The position numbers and the translations under genes are program-made. Positions 16,858 through 26,229 of a DNA stretch of 56,846 bases are shown here, in pieces; the first letter of the stretch is position 1, and every line of letters starts with the position of its first letter. This DNA comes from Gammaproteobacteria bacterium (GTDB lineage Bacteria > Pseudomonadota > Gammaproteobacteria > Methylococcales > DRLZ01): contig JAHZJL010000163.1 in the NCBI GenBank assembly GCA_022600935.1, forward strand, positions 1 through 56,846, written 5' to 3'. The notes under the pieces were generated by a model that made no database searches, was not told where the DNA came from, and worked only from the letters and a program-made list of their open reading frames with translations.

Positions 16858-17125
16858 GAAACTGTCTGGTTAAAAACCATACACAATTGGCGGGTGTCGC
16901 TTGAATCAAGGCAATCCAAACTCTGTTCTCGACGGATTGTCTGAGAATCTCATAACCCTCGGACAGTCGCCTGAAGCAACCAAACCAGGCAAATGTTTGT
17001 TCAATGATTCAGCACACCGGTATCATAGCTCTGGCGGAGGTATCGGGGACTGCCAACTTGAACAAACCTTTTGACAACAGCGCAATACATCATATCTGAA
17101 CAAGCGGATCGAACAGCTGAAAATG
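16858..17125 (-). pseudogene. Decayed 3' fragment of an IS4/IS5-type DDE transposase gene, ending in the same terminal repeat as the MITEs
   Basis: The minus-strand translation gives ...SPRYLRQSYDTGVLNH* then, after a frame shift, IIEQTFAWFGCFRRLSEGYEILRQSVENRVWIAL. This resembles the Y-R-E-K region and the FAWL..FRRLS.DYE tail of IS5-type transposases. The fragment ends at GAAACTGTCTGGTTAAAAA (16858-16876). Confidence 0.5.
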
Positions 17126-17130
17126 CTGGT

Positions 17131-18957
17131 TTATTCCTGAGCCAGATTGGCGCGTCGAATACCTAGCTTGCTCATGCGCGAGCGCAAGGTATTGGGATGC
17201 ATTTGCAAGATGGCTGCTGCGCCATCTTCACCTGAAATCTGCCAATGCGTTGCCTGGAGCACCGTAATAATATGCGACTTCTCCATTTCAGCCATCGAGA
17301 TCATGGTGTTCTGAGCAGTGATTTCAGGTTGGAGAATATTGTCGAGCTCGGGAATGTGCAAAGTGTGTCCGTTGGACAAGATCACAGCGCGCTCGATGAC
17401 ATTTTCCAGTTCTCTGACATTGCCAGGCCAGTTGTAATTGAGCAGTGTTTTCATCACCGAATCAGGAATCTGATCGATCTGTTTACCCATTTTTTGGCCA
17501 AACTGGTTGACAAACCATTGTGCTAGTAACGAAATATCGTGTTGACGCTCCCGCAGTGGTGGCAAGGTCAATGGGAACACGCTGAGACGGTAATACAAAT
17601 CCTCACGGAATGTGCGTTCAACTACCATTTGTTTGAGATCGCGGTGGGTCGCGGCAATCACTCTGACATTGATTTTGATGGTTTTTGAATCACCCAATCG
17701 TTCAATTTCGCCTTCCTGCAAGACCCGCAGTAATTTGGCTTGAAGCTCAAGTGGTAGTTCGGCGATTTCATCAAGAAAAATTGTGCCGTCATGAGCCAGT
17801 TCAAAGCGGCCGATACGGCGCGCCGTGGCTCCGGTAAAACTGCCTTTTTCATGACCGAACAACTCGCTTTCAATCAAATTGGCTGGCAACACAGCGCAGT
17901 TGACTTTGACCAGTGGTCGGTCATTGCGTTTGCTGAGCTTGTGCAGCGCTCTGGCGAATAACTCCTTTCCAGTGCCGGTTTCACCTTGAATCAGTACAGT
18001 GGTATCGGTAGCAGCGACTTGTTCAACCTGATGCAGGACGGCTTTGACAGACTGGCTTTGACCAAGGATATCATCGAACCGATGATTCAGATTGATTTGA
18101 TCCTGAAGATAGTGGTTCTCAGCCTGCAAACGATTTTTTAACTGCTCGATTTCAGCTAATGCATTCCTGAGATTTTGTTCGGCCAGCTTTCGTTCGGTAA
18201 TGTCTCTGAATACCACGACAATGCCATGCAACTGGTTGTTTTCAAGAACCGGGGTACTGACGAAATCCACCGGGAAACTGGAACCATCTGCGCGCCAGAA
18301 TTGATGATCACTGGCCTGGTAACGCTGTTTATCGCGAACAACGTTCAATACCGGACAGTATTGCTCAGAATCCGGCATGCCTCTTCCGAACATATCGTGA
18401 ATACTGCGATGTTCTGGTTTCCGATTGGGCCAGGCAAGCATAGATGCACCGGATGGATTGATAAAGGTGACTCGGCCTTCGCAATCAAATCCACAAATGC
18501 CTTCTCCGGCAGCCAATAACAACAGCTCGTTGCGTCGTTGCATCAGGATCAGTTCTGATTCAGCCTTCTTGAGCTTGCTGACGTCTTGAAATACGACAAC
18601 TGCGCCAACAATTTCACCCTGTTCAATGATCGGTGTACTGGTGTAATGCACGGGGAAACTGCTGCCGTCCTTGCGCCAAAACACCTCATCGGTGATATGA
18701 TGCACTTCGCCGTCTTTCAGCGCTGCATAGATCGGGCATTCTGTACGTGGATAATGCTCACCACTGGCTTTGCTGTGGTGATGTTTGTCATGCACCGGCT
18801 GACCGATGATATCCTCCTTCAACCAACCGGTCATGTTAATCGCAGCAGGATTGACAAACGTTCCCTTGCCATCCTTATCCAGCCCATAAATTCCCTCTCC
18901 AGCTGACTTAAGGATTAGTTCGTATCGATAAAAAATATGCTCGTTGCCTGTTTTCAT
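17131..18957 (-). CDS. Sigma-54-dependent transcriptional activator with two N-terminal PAS domains
   Basis: Two PAS repeats are present ([13 protein letters not shown]..., [14 protein letters not shown]...). The AAA+ core has [23 protein letters not shown] and the GAFTGA-type loop. A C-terminal Fis-type HTH is present. Confidence 0.85.
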   Translation of the reverse strand: MKTGNEHIFYRYELILKSAGEGIYGLDKDGKGTFVNPAAINMTGWLKEDIIGQPVHDKHHHSKASGEHYPRTECPIYAALKDGEVHHITDEVFWRKDGSSFPVHYTSTPIIEQGEIVGAVVVFQDVSKLKKAESELILMQRRNELLLLAAGEGICGFDCEGRVTFINPSGASMLAWPNRKPEHRSIHDMFGRGMPDSEQYCPVLNVVRDKQRYQASDHQFWRADGSSFPVDFVSTPVLENNQLHGIVVVFRDITERKLAEQNLRNALAEIEQLKNRLQAENHYLQDQINLNHRFDDILGQSQSVKAVLHQVEQVAATDTTVLIQGETGTGKELFARALHKLSKRNDRPLVKVNCAVLPANLIESELFGHEKGSFTGATARRIGRFELAHDGTIFLDEIAELPLELQAKLLRVLQEGEIERLGDSKTIKINVRVIAATHRDLKQMVVERTFREDLYYRLSVFPLTLPPLRERQHDISLLAQWFVNQFGQKMGKQIDQIPDSVMKTLLNYNWPGNVRELENVIERAVILSNGHTLHIPELDNILQPEITAQNTMISMAEMEKSHIITVLQATHWQISGEDGAAAILQMHPNTLRSRMSKLGIRRANLAQE

Positions 18958-19068
18958 AATGAATTTAGAACTAAATTCAAAGCGCTTTTTCTTAATTGCC
19001 TCATGTTACTGTATAAAGCATGATTACAGAAATCGTGATTTGGTTTTTATCAATCGTCAACACTGACA

Positions 19069-21462
19069 TTGAACTATTCGAGTCAAACATTAAAGCAAAA
19101 TAAGCAATTCCGCTTATCAGGAACCCTGTGCTGTGTGTGTTTTGTTGGCGGTGTTTGCGGGTTTCAATTGTTAAGCAGATTGCCTGGTTTGTCCTGGCTG
19201 GTTTTGCTTATCGGGTTGTTCGCAGTCTGTCTGTACTGGAGACGGTTTTATTTACTGTTTGTTCTGATTGGCTGGAGCTGGGCCTGGAGTTATGCGGCAT
19301 GGTCACTGGCAAATCGCCTGCCTGCAACTCTTGAAGGTATCACGCTGGAGGTCAATGCTGAAATTGTGTCGTTGCCTTCTTGTGATTCTGGCTTATGTCG
19401 TTTCAATGCGGTACTTGAGTTGCTGCATCCCGAGGAGTCAGTACTGAATCATCATCAAATTGATGACTTCTGGCATTCTGGTGGAAGCGGAAAACGAACT
19501 GTGCGTTTAAGCTGGTATTCTTCACCAAAGGTTTTGCAAGCCGGACAACACTGGCGGCTTAGTGTACGCTTGAAACGACCTCACGGCATGAAAAATCCCG
19601 GTGGTTTTGACTATGAGCAGTGGCTTTTTGCTCGCGGTATTGATGCAACAGGTTATGTGCGTTGTGAAAATGCTTGTCAGCTGATTAATGAACCTGACAG
19701 ATCGTTGTTTGGCGGGTTGCTGCCGAGCTTTCAACACAACAGGCAGCTTTTGTACGAAAATTTGACTCACGAGTTGCGTGAATCACCTGTAGCTGGACTA
19801 ATCATCGGCATGGTGGTCGGTATCCGCGATGGTATTACCGAGCAGCAATGGACGGTTTTGCGTAACACCGGGACCGCGCATTTGATGGCAATTTCCGGAT
19901 TGCATATCGGTTTGATTGCGGGACTGATGTTCTGGTTAACGCGGCATTGTTGTGCTTGGGCGGGAATTCTGCGCTATTCCCCACAACAACTCGCTGCTCT
20001 AAGTGCCATGATATTTGCCAGTGGTTATGCTGTACTGGCAGGGTTGTCTTTGCCAACACAACGAGCGTTGATCATGCTGGCAATTGTGTTTGGCAGTGTC
20101 GTGTTGCAAACCCGTCTCAGACCGTTTCATCTGCTGGCATTGAGTGCCAGTGTAGTTGTGTTGCTAAATCCGTTATCGGTATTGGAAGCTGGATTCTGGT
20201 TATCATTTGGTGCTGTCGCAGTAATCAGCCTGATGCTGGTCGGGCGTCAATCCAAACAAGGTTACTTGGGTACCACCTGGGTAGTAGGCTGGCGTGTTGC
20301 ACTGGGGCTTGGGCCCTTGTTGCTGCTGTTTTTCGGTAATGCGTCGTTAATTGCACCAGTTGCCAACTTGATAGCTGTTCCTGTGACGAGCCTGTTGGTT
20401 GTTCCAGCTGCATTGATTGGTGTTGTGATCAGCAGCTTTTCAGGTCAACTCGCCAAAATAGTATTTGAATACACCAGTGTGGTGTTATCCAGCGTAATGT
20501 GGTTTCTGGAACAACTGGCAGAATTTGATTTTGCTACATTGTCATTACCCAAACCATCTCTGCCAGCAGTGATGATCAGTCTTGCCGGGGTTTTGTTACT
20601 CATGTTGCCACGCGGGATTCGATACCGCTGGATGGGCTTGATCATGTTGTTACCTGTTGTGTTTCCAGTCACGCAAAAAATCGAGCAGGGAGTATTCAAG
20701 CTCACTGTGCTCGATGTCGGGCAAGGTTTGTCCAACGTTGTTGAAACCGCGAACCATACCCTGGTATTCGATACTGGTATCCGGCTTGGCTCAGGATTTG
20801 ATATCGGGTCGATGGTGGTCTTGCCATATTTGCGTAACCAAGCAATCCATCAAGTGGATTTACTGGTGTTAAGCCATTCCGATGCTGATCATGTCGGTGG
20901 TGCGAAGAGTCTGTTGTCAGGTTTGCCAGTGATCAAGACGATTGCCAGCGATCCACAACAACTGCCGTTTGAGGCAATTCAGAGATGCCAGGCTGGCGCT
21001 CACTGGCGATGGGATGGTGTCAGTTTTACCATGCTTGCACCACTGGATCCGTATTTTGACGATGACAACAATAATTCCTGTGTGTTGCAAATCAGCGCAG
21101 GTGAGCGCACTGTGATGTTATCAGGAGATATCGAATCAGAAGCAGAAATCAGACTGGTCCAACACTACGGTAAGCGCCTACACAGCCAGGTGCTGGTAGC
21201 TCCGCATCATGGAAGTCAGACATCTTCATCGCAGACATTTCTGGAAATGGTTGGGTCTGAGTTTGTTATTGTTTCAGCTGGATATCGAAATCGTTATGGT
21301 TTCCCGCATCAATCAGTTATGAATCGTTATCAAGAAATGGCTATTCAAGTATTGAATACAGCCAGTTCAGGGGCAGTTTCTGTCATTCCTGGAAACAACG
21401 ATAATTTACAAAATGTGACTGAATACAGAAAGAAATCAATGCGATACTGGAATGATTATTAA
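19069..21462 (+). CDS. comEC: DNA internalization competence protein ComEC/Rec2
   Basis: 797 aa. It has a polytopic membrane core (competence domain, TGTAHLMAISGLHIG) and a C-terminal metallo-beta-lactamase domain (HSDADHVGG). The start is TTG and uncertain. Confidence 0.85.
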   Translation: MNYSSQTLKQNKQFRLSGTLCCVCFVGGVCGFQLLSRLPGLSWLVLLIGLFAVCLYWRRFYLLFVLIGWSWAWSYAAWSLANRLPATLEGITLEVNAEIVSLPSCDSGLCRFNAVLELLHPEESVLNHHQIDDFWHSGGSGKRTVRLSWYSSPKVLQAGQHWRLSVRLKRPHGMKNPGGFDYEQWLFARGIDATGYVRCENACQLINEPDRSLFGGLLPSFQHNRQLLYENLTHELRESPVAGLIIGMVVGIRDGITEQQWTVLRNTGTAHLMAISGLHIGLIAGLMFWLTRHCCAWAGILRYSPQQLAALSAMIFASGYAVLAGLSLPTQRALIMLAIVFGSVVLQTRLRPFHLLALSASVVVLLNPLSVLEAGFWLSFGAVAVISLMLVGRQSKQGYLGTTWVVGWRVALGLGPLLLLFFGNASLIAPVANLIAVPVTSLLVVPAALIGVVISSFSGQLAKIVFEYTSVVLSSVMWFLEQLAEFDFATLSLPKPSLPAVMISLAGVLLLMLPRGIRYRWMGLIMLLPVVFPVTQKIEQGVFKLTVLDVGQGLSNVVETANHTLVFDTGIRLGSGFDIGSMVVLPYLRNQAIHQVDLLVLSHSDADHVGGAKSLLSGLPVIKTIASDPQQLPFEAIQRCQAGAHWRWDGVSFTMLAPLDPYFDDDNNNSCVLQISAGERTVMLSGDIESEAEIRLVQHYGKRLHSQVLVAPHHGSQTSSSQTFLEMVGSEFVIVSAGYRNRYGFPHQSVMNRYQEMAIQVLNTASSGAVSVIPGNNDNLQNVTEYRKKSMRYWNDY

Positions 21463-21536
21463 TATCGATTAATTTCATCTCCTGTTAATTGATTTATTGA
21501 TACTCTATAAAACCCATTTAAAGTAAAAGGTCTGTT

Positions 21537-21953
21537 ATGAAAATATATTTTGTATTATTGTGTGCCATGATGATAGTAGGCGGATGCTCATCCAGCCGTC
21601 CTGTATTGTATCCCAACGATCAATATGACAGAGCCGGTGAAAGCGCTGCATTAAATGATATAGACGCCTGCAAGTCAGAAGCTAAACGGGCCGGGGTTTC
21701 CAATACAAGTTACCAGACTGAACAAGTCGCGACCAATACGGCTCAAGGCGCGGCAATTGGTGCCACCAGTGGATTGATCGGTGGCGCGATATCAGGTGGC
21801 CTGGGCATTGGTGCAGCTATCGGCGCGGCCAGTGGCGCTGCTGCCGGACTGATTTCCAGTATGTTCACAGTATCCGAGACCAACCCAACGTATCAAAACT
21901 TTATCAATCGCTGCCTGCAGGAGCGCGGTTATGAAGTGATCGGTTGGGAGTAA
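21537..21953 (+). CDS. Glycine-zipper lipoprotein
   Basis: The lipobox is VGGCSS. The central GAAIGATSGLIGGAISGGLGIGAAIGAASGAAAGLI is a glycine-zipper segment. Confidence 0.7.
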   Translation: MKIYFVLLCAMMIVGGCSSSRPVLYPNDQYDRAGESAALNDIDACKSEAKRAGVSNTSYQTEQVATNTAQGAAIGATSGLIGGAISGGLGIGAAIGAASGAAAGLISSMFTVSETNPTYQNFINRCLQERGYEVIGWE

Positions 21954-22009
21954 GCACTTACTGTGCAGCTTGCAATACCGTGATTGACTACTCCAATAAC
22001 ACAGTTTAT

Positions 22010-23422
22010 TTATGTGAATTGAATTGACTGTTCGATAACAGTATCTTTTGTTATCACGTGTTGCTGGCTGGTCTGGTTGCTGATTGTAACATCGCCACTG
22101 ATTGTGACATTTGCCTCAAATAACACATCGCCGATAATCGTCAGTTGCTGGCAATCAAGTAAATTGGGTGGACCGTGGGGAAATCGGGCTTTCAAATCGT
22201 CGATTTTTTTATAGTATTTGGCGTCCAGGCTGATCACGATAAAGCCATTTTTGCGATCAGGGCTGATTTTAATCAAATAATCCTGATCGAGAATAAACGC
22301 ATTTGACCACAGTCCCAACAATTCCCCGGTTGTTTTGATTGGAGCAAAGCGAGATTTGGGAATTCTCAATGCCAGTGAATCGCCAAAACAGGAAATCGCC
22401 GAACCCATTGCGGTTTCCAGCTGGATGACTTTGGGACTGTCTGCATCGCGTGGATCAACTGTTTTGACATTTTGAATTAACGGTAAATCGACAATACCGT
22501 TTGATTTTTCCAGCAACTCCTGGAGCCGGTCCAGTCGCAACCACAGATTATTGGTATTGAAATATTTGTAGCGATTGATGTCCTGAAAAAACGCTTCATC
22601 CTCCACATGACACTGGGCCACCTCACGTAAGATCAGTTGTCCATCCCTGGTTTCGGCCAGATGCCCACCTTTTTTATCCGCTGCAGTTCTGTCGGCAACT
22701 TCCATCATAAACGACACATCCTGCTCGGCAAAATGTCCCAGCACCGATAAATCGATATCTGCACCGAGGTTATCCGAATTGGAGATAAACGCATAACGAA
22801 TACCTGCATCCAGCAATTGTTGCAATATTCCTGTAGTCTGCAGCGCGGTATAAATATCACCATGACCGGGTGGACACCAGGTCTTTGCGGGGTCAGCAGG
22901 CCATTCAGCAGGTTCAAGCGAATCGGCTAGAATTTTAGGAACTTTATTCTGGATAAACGTCAGCGGAATATTTTTTTGGCCATCCTGAAGCTCGGGATAG
23001 TCATTCAATACTGCCAGCGTATCCTGCTCAGTGCTGAACGAATTCATAAACACCAGCGGTAAATCACAACCGATTTTGTGACGCTGACTCAGTATCTGGC
23101 GAATGATAATATCCAGAAAACGTAATCCGTTTTTGGCAGGAAGCAGCGATTTGGCTTTTTCCAGACCCATACCGGTTCCCAGGCCACCGTTCAGCTTGAT
23201 CGACACAGTCTTCCCGAGTACAGACAAGCCGGTTTTGCTGTTATCCGGCAATTGTTCCAGGTTATCGACACGGCTTGCTGATCGAAGCAGGTTTTCCCGA
23301 ATCACACTTTGCTCGTTGTTAAGTAACTTCTTGTAATGTGCCAAAAACACAGCTGCGCACAGATTAGGCAGCCCTTCCTGCGCCATTATTTCGGTAATTC
23401 TGGTTTTGATTGAACTGTCCAT
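22010..23422 (-). CDS. UTP--glucose-1-phosphate uridylyltransferase, eukaryote-type UDPGP family
   Basis: KLNGGLGTGMGLEKAKS is the UDPGP-family nucleotide-binding loop (eukaryotic UGP: KLNGGLGTSMG). The length is about 470 aa. I start it at ATG 23422, which has AGGAA upstream. The ORF track starts at the TTG at 23461. Confidence 0.75.
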   Translation of the reverse strand: MDSSIKTRITEIMAQEGLPNLCAAVFLAHYKKLLNNEQSVIRENLLRSASRVDNLEQLPDNSKTGLSVLGKTVSIKLNGGLGTGMGLEKAKSLLPAKNGLRFLDIIIRQILSQRHKIGCDLPLVFMNSFSTEQDTLAVLNDYPELQDGQKNIPLTFIQNKVPKILADSLEPAEWPADPAKTWCPPGHGDIYTALQTTGILQQLLDAGIRYAFISNSDNLGADIDLSVLGHFAEQDVSFMMEVADRTAADKKGGHLAETRDGQLILREVAQCHVEDEAFFQDINRYKYFNTNNLWLRLDRLQELLEKSNGIVDLPLIQNVKTVDPRDADSPKVIQLETAMGSAISCFGDSLALRIPKSRFAPIKTTGELLGLWSNAFILDQDYLIKISPDRKNGFIVISLDAKYYKKIDDLKARFPHGPPNLLDCQQLTIIGDVLFEANVTISGDVTISNQTSQQHVITKDTVIEQSIQFT

Positions 23423-23696
23423 GAGTTCCGGTTTCCTGTATCTGATTGTTGAGTGGCTCAAGACTGATTTGTATGTCCAGGAGCCAGGTATGATTAATTA
23501 TTCCAGAAAAACATGATGACACTGAACCTTTTTCATATTTCCGGAAATATACTTCGAGAGAACGTTATTTCGATCAGAACTGAATCATCTTATGCTGATG
23601 ATTGAATCAAAATACATGAAAGTAGCGTATAAACATTAATAATTAATATTAGCTTAATAATAAATATTTTATAAATGAATACACGAGGTGACAACA

Positions 23697-24206
23697 ATGA
23701 ATAAAAACATGAAGCAATTAATGACAGGTTTATGTTTCCTTTTAGCAGCTCAAATGGTTTTAGCCGATAATTCCGGATTACGCTATCGCATTTTTGCCAG
23801 TGGCGCTCAGGAAATCCCGGCACCTGGCGTCACAACAGAAACCACAGCACGGCTGGATATTCAGTTTAACAGAGGATTGTCAGAATCGACATTTCGACTT
23901 GCCGTCAATGATGGCGTCGGAATTAATCAGGCGCATTTACATTGTGGTAAAGCAGGAATTAATGGGCCAGTCGTTGCTTTTTTATTTGGATTAGACCCAA
24001 ACGGTGTTGATATTGACGGGGTTTTATCCCGAGGGACGTTGATAAATCTGGATATTGTTGACAATGATTGTGCTATGCAGATTGGCCAGCCTGTGAATAA
24101 TATTGCTTCACTGGCAGCTGCTATAAAAAATGGCTTGATATACCTTAATGTCCATGCATTATCTAGCCCCCCTGGACTGGTTAGAGCCCAGTTTCTCCCT
24201 CAATAA
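23697..24206 (+). CDS. Secreted CHRD-domain protein
   Basis: It has a signal peptide. AHLHCGKAGINGPVVAFLF and YLNVHALSSPPGLVRAQF match the two conserved CHRD blocks. ATG 23697 is preceded by GAGGTG. Confidence 0.7.
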   Translation: MNKNMKQLMTGLCFLLAAQMVLADNSGLRYRIFASGAQEIPAPGVTTETTARLDIQFNRGLSESTFRLAVNDGVGINQAHLHCGKAGINGPVVAFLFGLDPNGVDIDGVLSRGTLINLDIVDNDCAMQIGQPVNNIASLAAAIKNGLIYLNVHALSSPPGLVRAQFLPQ

Positions 24207-24254
24207 TTGACAATGTTAAGACCAGGTATAGCCAACTAATGTGTGGTGTGAGAC

Positions 24255-24602
24255 TCAGCCTTGTTTAAGCATGACGAAAATCATGCTGAGCAAGGCAATT
24301 TTTTTATCGCTTTCAGAGGTTTTAATTGCAGACGCCAGGTGTACTGGTTTTTGCATTTGGGTTCTAGCCAGGTGGGCCGATTTTCGCTTGGACGGAACTA
24401 GTTCAGTTGGTTGTTGTGCATGGAAAGATGTTGGCAACAAGCTGAAAATAGACTGTTCTGTCAATTCAAAGTCGGATTGTGTTGTGTTTTTAACAGAAAA
24501 CGAACATCCAGCTGCAATCAGTCCGATAAACGCGATTATCAGAATCAGATTAAGCAGGGCGATGCCGCTTGAATGTTTATTCTCGGTGTCAAAATCGTAC
24601 AT
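24255..24602 (-). CDS. Hypothetical single-pass membrane protein (weak call)
   Basis: One TM helix (GIALLNLILIIAFIGLIAAG) is loosely reminiscent of a prepilin N-terminus but lacks Glu at +5. There is no convincing RBS. It competes with an overlapping plus-strand ORF. Confidence 0.3.
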   Translation of the reverse strand: MYDFDTENKHSSGIALLNLILIIAFIGLIAAGCSFSVKNTTQSDFELTEQSIFSLLPTSFHAQQPTELVPSKRKSAHLARTQMQKPVHLASAIKTSESDKKIALLSMIFVMLKQG

Positions 24603-24840
24603 AATTTCAGTTTTTCGGTTCAATGTATGGAATACCGGTTTTTTTAACAGGTACCTGTATTTACCAACTATAGTTCAAGTTTTATGTATTAGAAGTGAAT
24701 GCTGTACACAAAGCCGAATAGAACAGTAAAAATTTGTTACAGCAAGTAGAGCGACATTGCCTCCCGCAGTGGATTCGGGAGGCAACTTGACGATTAGAGC
24801 CGATTGAAAAATCAGGCGGTTGGTTGTGAGGAAAAAAAGA

Positions 24841-25119
24841 TCAGTGCGTAGCTGTTCTCAAAAATTTAAAGCGAATCAAGGCAATGATAATGGTACCAAA
24901 AATGACTGACGTCGTTTCGATGGTCAGCGCAGTTGACATTGAATGCTCGTAAAATTGTCTACCATAAATGGGTTTCAGTAACAAGCTGCTCCACATTTGC
25001 ATGCTGACATAGAAAGTGACAATACACAAACTGATCCAGACCCACGGGTTTTTATGGGCTGCCATGGACGCGCGATAAATCCAGACGGCAATTAAAATGG
25101 ACGCAATAGTCGCTATCAT
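24841..25119 (-). CDS. Small three-TM membrane protein, unknown function
   Basis: 92 aa. A strong AAGGAGG lies 5 nt upstream of the ATG. Three hydrophobic helices are apparent. Confidence 0.65.
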   Translation of the reverse strand: MIATIASILIAVWIYRASMAAHKNPWVWISLCIVTFYVSMQMWSSLLLKPIYGRQFYEHSMSTALTIETTSVIFGTIIIALIRFKFLRTATH

Positions 25120-25165
25120 GATGTCCTCCTTTTATTTGTTGCCGTTTACTAATCTATCACGCATA

Positions 25166-25331
25166 TTAGAAGCTGTCTGGTTAAAAAGATATCCGCTGCA
25201 AAGCCCTTGATATCGGTGTATTGTTGCGCTGCTTCTCGTTAAACAGAACAACTATTCGCCTCGAATCTTCAAAAACATCACCTCGATTCAAGAACTTTTC
25301 GCTTGGACATTTTTTTCCAGTCAGCTTCTTA
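25166..25331 (+). mobile_element. MITE-like element, copy B (160-bp core flanked by TTA direct repeats)
   Basis: The core 25169-25328 matches copy A with about 15 differences. The ends are GAAGCTGTCTGGTTAAAA and CCAGTCAGCTTC. TTA occurs at 25166-25168 and again at 25329-25331. Confidence 0.75.
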
Positions 25332-25423
25332 GTTACTCCAAGTCATCGCTGTCTATTCATCAGCGAATCGAAAAATACAAGAACCCGATTCGTATAGTGG
25401 CTGGTTTTAGTGAGGTAAAATAA

Positions 25424-26128
25424 TCATTTGAACCATTGGCGCTTAACGCCAGACAATGCAATGATCGCTGTTCCAAACAACCAGAAAGCAGCAGGAACAG
25501 GCACATTGGTTTGACCCTGAGCAATGATGGAACCATTATCGCCAAACGCAACAAATGGTGAAAATGCATTCTGGGAGAAGAAAAAGAAATGGGATTGTGA
25601 TGAACCAGTACTGATTGGGGAGCTGAATGTACCAGGTTCATCGAGCAGAGGCGTGTTTTCACCGACGACCCAGTAACTGACAATCCGAGTAAATTCACTG
25701 CCGAATAAATCATCCCAGCTTAATGTCGTGGTATCAGGAACAGTCCATGCATCAGTCGCGTTTTCACCAAAACTGTTTCCGTTAGGCCCGAGATTGCCTC
25801 GTTCCCAGGCTGTTCTTGAAATCACAGATGCACCCCAGCGATGATCTAATTCATCGGGTATCAATTCCTCCAGACGGTTGAGACCACCACTCCAGCCGAA
25901 TGCCTGAAATGCGTCATTGTTACCGACTGCGAACGCATAAATTGGCTGTGCACTGCTGTTTGTAACTGTTAAATGCCCACGAGAGCCATTAAAATCTTCC
26001 TGAACAATTACCGAGGTGATATTACTCACTGAGTAGATTGAGAAGCTTGCATTGGCCTGAATAGTGATCGTCATCAGCAGTAGTCCGATACTCTTGATGA
26101 CGATGTGCTTGATTTGACTGTAATCCAT
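25424..26128 (-). CDS. Secreted protein with a PEP-CTERM-like sorting tail (VPxP variant)
   Basis: I start it at ATG 26128 (AGAGGGGA upstream), giving the signal peptide MDYSQIKHIVIKSIGLLLMTITIQANA. The C-terminus is VPVPAAFWLFGTAIIALSGVKRQWFK. Confidence 0.65.
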   Translation of the reverse strand: MDYSQIKHIVIKSIGLLLMTITIQANASFSIYSVSNITSVIVQEDFNGSRGHLTVTNSSAQPIYAFAVGNNDAFQAFGWSGGLNRLEELIPDELDHRWGASVISRTAWERGNLGPNGNSFGENATDAWTVPDTTTLSWDDLFGSEFTRIVSYWVVGENTPLLDEPGTFSSPISTGSSQSHFFFFSQNAFSPFVAFGDNGSIIAQGQTNVPVPAAFWLFGTAIIALSGVKRQWFK

Positions 26129-26229
26129 TATTTCCCCTCTACATTCCAAAAAATCTGTAACTTTGAATAACTGACTGAATATAGTCAAGTTATATAAGCA
26201 CTCGTGACAGTTGTTAACCGGTTTTGATG

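Noticed and set aside
24241-24729. A 162-aa plus-strand ORF overlapping the 24255-24602 minus-strand call.
   Set aside because: It has an odd Cys/Trp-rich composition, no RBS and no motif. Neither strand is convincing, and I kept the minus-strand ORF only at low confidence because it has a clean TM helix.
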